Both the position numbers and the translations under genes were made by a program. A DNA stretch of 64,000 nucleotides. Source: Auanema rhodensis (taxonomy: Eukaryota > Animalia > Nematoda). The stretch is from the NCBI GenBank assembly GCA_964057225.1, contig OZ059895.1:2108001-2172000 (forward strand), written 5' to 3'. Position 1 is the first letter of the stretch, and each line of letters begins with the position of its first letter. Shown here in pieces: positions 1 to 10,542 of this stretch. The notes below the pieces were generated by a model that worked only from the letters and a program-made list of their open reading frames with translations, was not told where the DNA came from and did not search any database.

Positions 1-103
1 TCACCCTGAAGAATTAATTTTTTCGTTGAATAACATTGTCCATCGTCTTTGCCTTGAAAAAAGGAATCTAAAAACATCTACTTTTTGCCAAATTATTTTG
101 AAA

Positions 104-115
104 TTTTTCGAAAAA
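104..115. repeat. 12-bp palindrome TTTTTCGAAAAA within an A/T-tract block (per monomer)
   Basis: Read directly at monomer positions 104-115. It is flanked by an 8-bp inverted pair AAAAACAT (70-77) / ATGTTTTT (128-135). Confidence 0.9.
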
Positions 116-142
116 ATTTTTGTCAAAATGTTTTTGGAAGCA

Positions 143-170
143 ATGTTGAGTGTACATGGAAACTCAACAT
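143..170. repeat. Perfect 9-bp inverted repeat ATGTTGAGT-N10-ACTCAACAT (per monomer)
   Basis: Arms 143-151 and 162-170 are exact reverse complements; spacer GTACATGGAA. Confidence 0.95.
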
Positions 171-253
171 ACAATAATGCATCATTTTTCAAACGATCAT
201 AACTAATTTTCGTATTAAGCGTTTCTCAATGTAGTATAGTGCATTCGATGCGG

Positions 254-304
254 ATTTTTAAGCTGCGTCGATCTGTGTTATCAGATTTGCGCTAGCTTAA
301 AAAT
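254..304. repeat. Long imperfect hairpin: 11-bp arms ATTTTTAAGCT/AGCTTAAAAAT with inner GCG/CGC and ATCTG/CAGAT stems (per monomer)
   Basis: 254-264 pairs with 294-304, 265-267 with 290-292, 271-275 with 282-286. Confidence 0.9.
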
Positions 305-321
305 GCACCGAGATATCAACT

Positions 322-343
322 GATATAAGTTCACACTTATATC
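322..343. repeat. Perfect 9-bp inverted repeat GATATAAGT-N4-ACTTATATC (per monomer)
   Basis: Arms 322-330 and 335-343 are exact reverse complements; the loop is TCAC, TTAC or TCTC depending on the copy. Confidence 0.95.
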
Positions 344-702
344 CTCGATTTTCACCCTGAAGAATTTATTTTTTCGTTGAATAACATTGTCCTTCGTCTT
401 TGCCTTGAAAAAAGGAATCTAAAAACATCTACTTTTTGCTAAATTATTTTGAAATTTTTCGAAAAAATTTTTGTCAAAATGTTTTTGGAAGCAATGTTGA
501 GTGTACATGGAAACTCAACATACACTAATGCATCATTTTTCAAACGATCATAACTAATTTTCGTATTAAGCGTTTCTCAATGTAGTATAGTGCATTCGAT
601 GCGGATTTTTAAGCTGCGTCGATCTGTGTTATCAGATTTGCGCTAGCTTAAAAATGCACCGAGATATCAACTGATATAAGTTTACACTTATATCCTCGAT
701 TT

Positions 703-3510
703 TCACCCTGAAGAATTAATTTTTTCGTTGAATAACATTGTCCATCGTCTTTGCCTTGAAAAATGGAATCTAAAAACATCTACTTTGTGCTAAATTATTT
801 CGAAATTTTTCGAAAAAATTTTTGTCAAAATGTTTTTGGAAGCAATGTTGAGTGTACATGGAAACTCAACATACACTAATGCATCATTTTTCAAACGATC
901 ATAACTAATTTTTGTATTAAGCGTTTCTCAATGTAGTATAGTGCATTCGATGCGGATTTTTAAGCTGCGTCGATCTGTGTTATCAGATTTGCGCTAGCTT
1001 AAAAATGCACCGAGATATCAACTGATATAAGTTCACACTTATATCCTCGATTTTCACCCTGAAGAATTAATTTTTTCGTTGAATAACATCGTCCATCGTC
1101 TTTGCCTTGAAAAATGGAATCTAAAAACATCTACTTTTTGCTAAATTATTTTGAAATTTTTCGAAAAAATTTTTGTCAAAATGTTTTTGGAAGCAATGTT
1201 GAGTGTACATGGAAACTCAACATACACTAATGCATCATTTTTCAAACGATCATAACTAATTTTTGTATTAAGCGTTTCTCAATGTAGTATAGTGCATTCG
1301 ATGCGGATTTTTAAGCTGCGTCGATCTGTGTTATCAGATTTGCGCTAGCTTAAAAATGCACCGAGATATCAACTGATATAAGTTTACACTTATATCCTCG
1401 ATTTTCACCCTGAAGAATTAATTTTTTCGTTGAATAACATTGTCCATCGTCTTTGCCTTGAAAAATGGAATCTAAAAACATCTACTTTGTGCTAAATTAT
1501 TTCGAAATTTTTCGAAAAAATTTTTGTCAAAATGTTTTTGGAAGCAATGTTGAGTGTACATGGAAACTCAACATACACTAATGCATCATTTTTCAAACGA
1601 TCATAACTAATTTTTGTATTAAGCGTTTCTCAATGTAGTATAGTGCATTCGATGCGGATTTTTAAGCTGCGTCGATCTGTGTTATCAGATTTGCGCTAGC
1701 TTAAAAATGCACCGAGATATCAACTGATATAAGTTCACACTTATATCCTCGATTTTCACCCTGAAGAATTAATTTTTTCGTTGAATAACATCGTCCATCG
1801 TCTTTGCCTTGAAAAATGGAATCTAAAAACATCTACTTTTTGCTAAATTATTTTGAAATTTTTCGAAAAAATTTTTGTCAAAATGTTTTTGGAAGCAATG
1901 TTGAGTGTACATGGAAACTCAACATACACTAATGCATCATTTTTCAAACGATCATAACTAATTTTTGTATTAAGCGTTTCTCAATGTAGTATAGTGCATT
2001 CGATGCGGATTTTTAAGCTGCGTCGATCTGTGTTATCAGATTTGCGCTAGCTTAAAAATGCACCGAGATATCAACTGATATAAGTTCACACTTATATCCT
2101 CGATTTTCACCCTGAAGAATTAATTTTTTCGTTGAATAACATCGTCCATCGTCTTTGCCTTGAAAAATGGAATCTAAAAACATCTACTTTTTGCTAAATT
2201 ATTTTGAAATTTTTCGAAAAAATTTTTGTCAAAATGTTTTTGGAAGCAATGTTGAGTGTACATGGAAACTCAACATACACTAATGCATCATTTTTCAAAC
2301 GATCATAACTAATTTTTGTATTAAGCGTTTCTCAATGTAGTATAGTGCATTCGATGCGGATTTTTAAGCTGCGTCGATCTGTGTTATCAGATTTGCGCTA
2401 GCTTAAAAATGCACCGAGATATCAACTGATATAAGTTTACACTTATATCCTCGATTTTCACCCTGAAGAATTAATTTTTTCGTTGAATAACATTGTCCAT
2501 CGTCTTTGCCTTGAAAAATGGAATCTAAAAACATCTACTTTGTGCTAAATTATTTCGAAATTTTTCGAAAAAATTTTTGTCAAAATGTTTTTGGAAGCAA
2601 TGTTGAGTGTACATGGAAACTCAACATACACTAATGCATCATTTTTCAAACGATCATAACTAATTTTTGTATTAAGCGTTTCTCAATGTAGTATAGTGCA
2701 TTCGATGCGGATTTTTAAGCTGCGTCGATCTGTGTTATCAGATTTGCGCTAGCTTAAAAATGCACCGAGATATCAACTGATATAAGTTCACACTTATATC
2801 CTCGATTTTCACCCTGAAGAATTAATTTTTTCGTTGAATAACATCGTCCATCGTCTTTGCCTTGAAAAATGGAATCTAAAAACATCTACTTTTTGCTAAA
2901 TTATTTTGAAATTTTTCGAAAAAATTTTTGTCAAAATGTTTTTGGAAGCAATGTTGAGTGTACATGGAAACTCAACATACACTAATGCATCATTTTTCAA
3001 ACGATCATAACTAATTTTTGTATTAAGCGTTTCTCAATGTAGTATAGTGCATTCGATGCGGATTTTTAAGCTGCGTCGATCTGTGTTATCAGATTTGCGC
3101 TAGCTTAAAAATGCACCGAGATATCAACTGATATAAGTTCACACTTATATCCTCGATTTTCACCCTGAAGAATTAATTTTTTCGTTGAATAACATCGTCC
3201 ATCGTCTTTGCCTTGAAAAATGGAATCTAAAAACATCTACTTTTTGCTAAATTATTTTGAAATTTTTCGAAAAAATTTTTGTCAAAATGTTTTTGGAAGC
3301 AATGTTGAGTGTACATGGAAACTCAACATACACTAATGCATCATTTTTCAAACGATCATAACTAATTTTTGTATTAAGCGTTTCTCAATGTAGTATAGTG
3401 CATTCGATGCGGATTTTTAAGCTGCGTCGATCTGTGTTATCAGATTTGCGCTAGCTTAAAAATGCACCGAGATATCAACTGATATAAGTTCACACTTATA
3501 TCCTCGATTT
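703..3510. repeat. Short-period (2-mer then 3-mer) higher-order pattern
   Basis: The monomer type with TTTGTGC + TATTTCGAAA starts at 703, 1405 and 2458, separated by one and then two CATCGT-type monomers. Confidence 0.8.
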
Positions 3511-6500
3511 TCACCCTGAAGAATTAATTTTTTCGTTGAATAACATTGTCCTTCGTCTTTGCCTTGAAAAAAGGAATCTAAAAACATCTACTTTTTGCTA
3601 AATTATTTTGAAATTTTTCGAAAAAATTTTTGTCAAAATGTTTTTGGAAGCAATGTTGAGTGTACATGGAAACTCAACATACACTAATGCATCATTTTTC
3701 AAACGATCATAACTAATTTTCGTATTAAGCGTTTCTCAATGTAGTATAGTGCATTCGATGCGGATTTTTAAGCTGCGTCGATCTGTGTTATCAGATTTGC
3801 GCTAGCTTAAAAATGCACCGAGATATCAACTGATATAAGTTCACACTTATATCCTCGATTTTCACCCTGAAGAATTTATTTTTTCGTTGAATAACATTGT
3901 CCTTCGTCTTTGCCTTGTAAAAAGGAATCTAAAAACATCTACTTTTTGCTAAATTATTTTGAAATTTTTCGAAAAAATTTTTGTCAAAATGTTTTTGGAA
4001 GCAATGTTGAGTGTACATGGAAACTCAACATACACTAATGCATCATTTTTCAAACGATCATAACTAATTTTCGTATTAAGCGTTTCTCAATGTAGTATAG
4101 TGCATTCGATGCGGATTTTTAAGCTGCGTCGATTCGTGTTATCAGATTTGCGCTAGCTTAAAAATGCACCGAGATATCAACTGATATAAGTTCACACTTA
4201 TATCCTCGATTTTCACCCTGAAGAATTAATTTTTTCGTTGAATAACATCGTCCATCGTCTTTGCCTTGAAAAATGGAATCTAAAAACATCTACTTTTTGC
4301 TAAATTATTTTGAAATTTTTCGAAAAAATTTTTGTCAAAATGTTTTTGGAAGCAATGTTGAGTGTACATGAAAACTCAACATACACTAATGCATCATTTT
4401 TCAAACGATTATAACTAATTTTTGTATTAAGCTTTTCTCAATGTAGTATAGTGCATTCGATGCGGAATTTTAAGCTGCGTCGATCTGTGTTATCAGATTT
4501 GCGCTAGCTTAAAAATGCACCGAGATATCAACTGATATAAGTTCACACTTATATTCTTGATTTTCACCCTGAAGAATTAATTTTTTCGTTGAATAACATT
4601 GTCCATCGTCTTTGCCTTGAAAAATGGAATCTAAAAACATCTACTTTTTGCTAAATTATTTTGAAATTTTTCGAAAAAATTTTTGTCAAAATGTTTTTGG
4701 AAGCAATGTTGAGTGTACATGGAAACTCAACATACACTAATGCATCATTTTTCAAACGATCATAACTAATTTTTGTATTAAGCGTTTCTCAATGTAGTAT
4801 AGTGCATTCGATGCGGATTTTTAAGCTGCGTCGATCTGTGTTATCAGATTTGCGCTAGCTTAAAAATGCACCGAGATATCAACTGATATAAGTTCACACT
4901 TATATCCTCGATTTTCACCCTGAAGAATTAATTTTTTCGTTGAATAACATTGTCCTTCGTCTTTGCCTTGAAAAAAGGAATCTAAAAACATCTACTTTTT
5001 GCTAAATTATTTTGAAATTTTTCGAAAAAATTTTTGTCAAAATGTTTTTGGAAGCAATGTTGAGTGTACATGGAAACTCAACATACACTAATGCATCATT
5101 TTTCAAACGATCATAACTAATTTTCGTATTAAGCGTTTCTCAATGTAGTATAGTGCATTCGATGCGGATTTTTAAGCTGCGTCGATCTGTGTTATCAGAT
5201 TTGCGCTAGCTTAAAAATGCACCGAGATATCAACTGATATAAGTTCACACTTATATCCTCGATTTTCACCCTGAAGAATTTATTTTTTCGTTGAATAACA
5301 TTGTCCTTCGTCTTTGCCTTGTAAAAAGGAATCTAAAAACATCTACTTTTTGCTAAATTATTTTGAAATTTTTCGAAAAAATTTTTGTCAAAATGTTTTT
5401 GGAAGCAATGTTGAGTGTACATGGAAACTCAACATACACTAATGCATCATTTTTCAAACGATCATAACTAATTTTCGTATTAAGCGTTTCTCAATGTAGT
5501 ATAGTGCATTCGATGCGGATTTTTAAGCTGCGTCGATTCGTGTTATCAGATTTGCGCTAGCTTAAAAATGCACCGAGATATCAACTGATATAAGTTCACA
5601 CTTATATCCTCGATTTTCACCCTGAAGAATTAATTTTTTCGTTGAATAACATCGTCCATCGTCTTTGCCTTGAAAAATGGAATCTAAAAACATCTACTTT
5701 TTGCTAAATTATTTTGAAATTTTTCGAAAAAATTTTTGTCAAAATGTTTTTGGAAGCAATGTTGAGTGTACATGAAAACTCAACATACACTAATGCATCA
5801 TTTTTCAAACGATTATAACTAATTTTTGTATTAAGCTTTTCTCAATGTAGTATAGTGCATTCGATGCGGATTTTTAAGCTGCGTCGATCTGTGTTATCAG
5901 ATTTGCGCTAGCTTAAAAATGCACCGAGATATCAACTGATATAAGTTCACACTTATATTCTTGATTTTCACCCTGAAGAATCAATTTTTTCGTTGAATAA
6001 CATTGTCCATCGTCTTTGCCTTGAAAAATGGAATCTAAAAACATCTACTTTTTGCTAAATTATTTTGAAATTTTTCGAAAAAATTTTTGTCAAAATGTTT
6101 TTGGAAGCAATGTTGAGTGTACATGGAAACTCAACATACACTAATGCATCATTTTTCAAACGATCATAACTAATTTTTGTATTAAGCGTTTCTCAATGTA
6201 GTATAGTGCATTCGATGCGGATTTTTAAGCTGCGTCGATCTGTGTTATCAGATTTGCGCTAGCTTAAAAATGCACCGAGATATCAACTGATATAAGTTCA
6301 CACTTATATCCTCGATTTTCACCCTGAAGAATTAATTTTTTCGTTGAATAACATTGTCCTTCGTCTTTGCCTTGAAAAAAGGAATCTAAAAACATCTACT
6401 TTTTGCTAAATTATTTTGAAATTTTTCGAAAAAATTTTTGTCAAAATGTTTTTGGAAGCAATGTTGAGTGTACATGGAAACTCAACATACACTAATGCAT

Positions 6501-7722
6501 CATTTTTCAAACGATCATAACTAATTTTCGTATTAAGCGTTTCTCAATGTAGTATAGTGCATTCGATGCGGATTTTTAAGCTGCGTCGATCTGTGTTATC
6601 AGATTTGCGCTAGCTTAAAAATGCACCGAGATATCAACTGATATAAGTTCACACTTATATCCTCGATTTTCACCCTGAAGAATTTATTTTTTCGTTGAAT
6701 AACATTGTCCTTCGTCTTTGCCTTGTAAAAAGGAATCTAAAAACATCTACTTTTTGCTAAATTATTTTGAAATTTTTCGAAAAAATTTTTGTCAAAATGT
6801 TTTTGGAAGCAATGTTGAGTGTACATGGAAACTCAACATACACTAATGCATCATTTTTCAAACGATCATAACTAATTTTCGTATTAAGCGTTTCTCAATG
6901 TAGTATAGTGCATTCGATGCGGATTTTTAAGCTGCGTCGATTCGTGTTATCAGATTTGCGCTAGCTTAAAAATGCACCGAGATATCAACTGATATAAGTT
7001 CACACTTATATCCTCGATTTTCACCCTGAAGAATTAATTTTTTCGTTGAATAACATCGTCCATCGTCTTTGCCTTGAAAAATGGAATCTAAAAACATCTA
7101 CTTTTTGCTAAATTATTTTGAAATTTTTCGAAAAAATTTTTGTCAAAATGTTTTTGGAAGCAATGTTGAGTGTACATGAAAACTCAACATACACTAATGC
7201 ATCATTTTTCAAACGATTATAACTAATTTTTGTATTAAGCTTTTCTCAATGTAGTATAGTGCATTCGATGCGGATTTTTAAGCTGCGTCGATCTGTGTTA
7301 TCAGATTTGCGCTAGCTTAAAAATGCACCGAGATATCAACTGATATAAGTTCACACTTATATTCTTGATTTTCACCCTGAAGAATTAATTTTTTCGTTGA
7401 ATAACATTGTCCATCGTCTTTGCCTTGAAAAATGGAATCTAAAAACATCTACTTTTTGCTAAATTATTTTGAAATTTTTCGAAAAAATTTTTGTCAAAAT
7501 GTTTTTGGAAGCAATGTTGAGTGTACATGGAAACTCAACATACACTAATGCATCATTTTTCAAACGATCATAACTAATTTTTGTATTAAGCGTTTCTCAA
7601 TGTAGTATAGTGCATTCGATGCGGATTTTTAAGCTGCGTCGATCTGTGTTATCAGATTTGCGCTAGCTTAAAAATGCACCGAGATATCAACTGATATAAG
7701 TTCACACTTATATCCTCGATTT
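3511..7722. repeat. 4-monomer higher-order repeat (1404 bp) x3
   Basis: The same ordered four types start at 3511, 4915 and 6319. TTGTAAAAAGG+GATTCGTG monomers at 3862/5266/6670; ATGAAA+GATTAT+ATTCTTG monomers at 4213/5617/7021. Confidence 0.92.
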
Positions 7723-10542
7723 TCACCCTGAAGAATTTATTTTTTCGTTGAATAACATTGTCCTTCGTCTTTGCCTTGAAAAAAGGAATCTAAAAACATC
7801 TACTTTTTGCTAAATTATTTTGAAATTTTTCGAAAAAATTTTTGTCAAAATGTTTTTGGAAGCAATGTTGAGTGTACATGGAAACTCAACATACACTAAT
7901 GCATCATTTTTCAAACGATCATAACTAATTTTCGTATTAAGCGTTTCTCAATGTAGTACAGTGCATTCGATGCGGATTTTTAAGCTGCGTCGATCTGTGT
8001 TATCAGATTTGCGCTAGCTTAAAAATGCACCGAGATATCAACTGATATAAGTTCACACTTATATCCTCGATTTTCACCCTGAAGAATTTATTTTTTCGTT
8101 GAATAACATTGTCCTTCGTCTTTGCCTTGTAAAAAGGAATCTAAAAACATCTACTTTTTGCTAAATTATTTTGAAATTTTTCGAAAAAATTTTTGTCAAA
8201 ATGTTTTTGGAAGCAATGTTGAGTGTACATGGAAACTCAACATACACTAATGCATCATTTTTCAAACGATCATAACTAATTTTCGTATTAAGCGTTTCTC
8301 AATGTAGTATAGTGCATTCGATGCGGATTTTTAAGCTGCGTCGATTCGTGTTATCAGATTTGCGCTAGCTTAAAAATGCACCGAGATATCAACTGATATA
8401 AGTTCTCACTTATATCCTCGATTTTCACCCTGAAGAATTAATTTTTTCGTTGAATAACATTGTCCATCGTCTTTGCCTTGAAAAAAGGAATCTAAAAACA
8501 TCTACTTTTGGCCAAATTATTTTGAAATTTTTCGAAAAAATTTTTGTCAAAATGTTTTTGGAAGCAATGTTGAGTGTACATGGAAACTCAACATACACTA
8601 ATGCATCATTTTTCAAACGATCATAACTAATTTTCGTATTAAGCGTTTCTCAATGTAGTATAGTGCATTCGATGCGGATTTTTAAGCTGCGTCGATCTGT
8701 GTTATCAGATTTGCGCTAGCTTAAAAATGCACCGAGATATCAACTGATATAAGTATAAGTTCACACTTATATCCTCGATTTTCACCCTGAAGAATTAATT
8801 TTTTCGTTGAATAACATTGTCCATCGTCTTTGCCTTGAAAAAAGGAATCTAAAAACATCTACTTTTTGCCAAATTATTTTGAAATTTTTCGAAAAAATTT
8901 TTGTCAAAATGTTTTTGGAAGCAATGTTGAGTGTACATGGAAACTCAACATACAATAATGCATCATTTTTCAAACGATCATAACTAATTTTCGTATTAAG
9001 CGTTTCTCAATGTAGTATAGTGCATTCGATGCGGATTTTTAAGCTGCGTCGATCTGTGTTATCAGATTTGCGCTAGCTTAAAAATGCACCGAGATATCAA
9101 CTGATATAAGTTCACACTTATATCCTCGATTTTCACCCTGAAGAATTTATTTTTTCGTTGAATAACATTGTCCTTCGTCTTTGCCTTGAAAAAAGGAATC
9201 TAAAAACATCTACTTTTTGCTAAATTATTTTGAAATTTTTCGAAAAAATTTTTGTCAAAATGTTTTTGGAAGCAATGTTGAGTGTACATGGAAACTCAAC
9301 ATACACTAATGCATCATTTTTCAAACGATCATAACTAATTTTCGTATTAAGCGTTTCTCAATGTAGTATAGTGCATTCGATGCGGATTTTTAAGCTGCGT
9401 CGATCTGTGTTATCAGATTTGCGCTAGCTTAAAAATGCACCGAGATATCAACTGATATAAGTTCACACTTATATCCTCGATTTTCACCCTGAAGAATTTA
9501 TTTTTTCGTTGAATAACATTGTCCTTCGTCTTTGCCTTGTAAAAAGGAATCTAAAAACATCTACTTTTTGCTAAATTATTTTGAAATTTTTCGAAAAAAT
9601 TTTTGTCAAAATGTTTTTGGAAGCAATGTTGAGTGTACATGGAAACTCAACATACACTAATGCATCATTTTTCAAACGATCATAACTAATTTTCGTATTA
9701 AGCGTTTCTCAATGTAGTATAGTGCATTCGATGCGGATTTTTAAGCTGCGTCGATTCGTGTTATCAGATTTGCGCTAGCTTAAAAATGCACCGAGATATC
9801 AACTGATATAAGTTCTCACTTATATCCTCGATTTTCACCCTGAAGAATTAATTTTTTCGTTGAATAACATTGTCCATCGTCTTTGCCTTGAAAAAAGGAA
9901 TCTAAAAACATCTACTTTTGGCCAAATTATTTTGAAATTTTTCGAAAAAATTTTTGTCAAAATGTTTTTGGAAGCAATGTTGAGTGTACATGGAAACTCA
10001 ACATACACTAATGCATCATTTTTCAAACGATCATAACTAATTTTCGTATTAAGCGTTTCTCAATGTAGTATAGTGCATTCGATGCGGATTTTTAAGCTGC
10101 GTCGATCTGTGTTATCAGATTTGCGCTAGCTTAAAAATGCACCGAGATATCAACTGATATAAGTATAAGTTCACACTTATATCCTCGATTTTCACCCTGA
10201 AGAATTAATTTTTTCGTTGAATAACATTGTCCATCGTCTTTGCCTTGAAAAAAGGAATCTAAAAACATCTACTTTTTGCCAAATTATTTTGAAATTTTTC
10301 GAAAAAATTTTTGTCAAAATGTTTTTGGAAGCAATGTTGAGTGTACATGGAAACTCAACATACAATAATGCATCATTTTTCAAACGATCATAACTAATTT
10401 TCGTATTAAGCGTTTCTCAATGTAGTATAGTGCATTCGATGCGGATTTTTAAGCTGCGTCGATCTGTGTTATCAGATTTGCGCTAGCTTAAAAATGCACC
10501 GAGATATCAACTGATATAAGTTCACACTTATATCCTCGATTT
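7723..10542. repeat. 4-monomer higher-order repeat (1410 bp, includes one 357-bp unit) x2
   Basis: GGCC/357-bp monomers at 8425 and 9835 and ACAAT monomers at 8782 and 10192 are 1410 bp apart (also visible in the ORF track). Confidence 0.9.
8748..8759. repeat. 6-bp tandem duplication (TATAAG)2 defining the 357-bp monomer variant; also at 10158, 12621, 15786, 18249
   Basis: GATATAAGTATAAGTTCAC instead of GATATAAGTTCAC; monomer spacing is 357 at these five places. Confidence 0.95.

Larger units (their letters stand above)
1..351. repeat. Reference monomer (351 bp; 111 G+C = ~32% GC; 13 CpG)
   Basis: Hand count of the first unit. The phase is arbitrary (set by the window start). It contains single BsrGI (TGTACA), NsiI (ATGCAT), NheI (GCTAGC) and EcoRV (GATATC) sites. 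Confidence 0.97.

Noticed and set aside
21-37. CENP-B box-like TTTCGTTGAATAACATT
   Set aside because: It matches only the TTCG half; the essential CGGG is missing.
1-351. Tandem 5S rRNA, tRNA, snRNA or spliced-leader gene unit
   Set aside because: No recognisable 5S, cloverleaf or SL sequence by eye. An Infernal/tRNAscan search would be the formal test.
322-352. Hairpin plus T-run as a rho-independent terminator, or TATAAG as a TATA box
   Set aside because: The stem is AT-rich, there is no associated gene, and such motifs are expected by chance in 68% AT DNA.
4467-7959. Isolated singleton SNPs (e.g. 4467, 5982, 7959)
   Set aside because: Single occurrences cannot be told apart from sequencing or consensus error.
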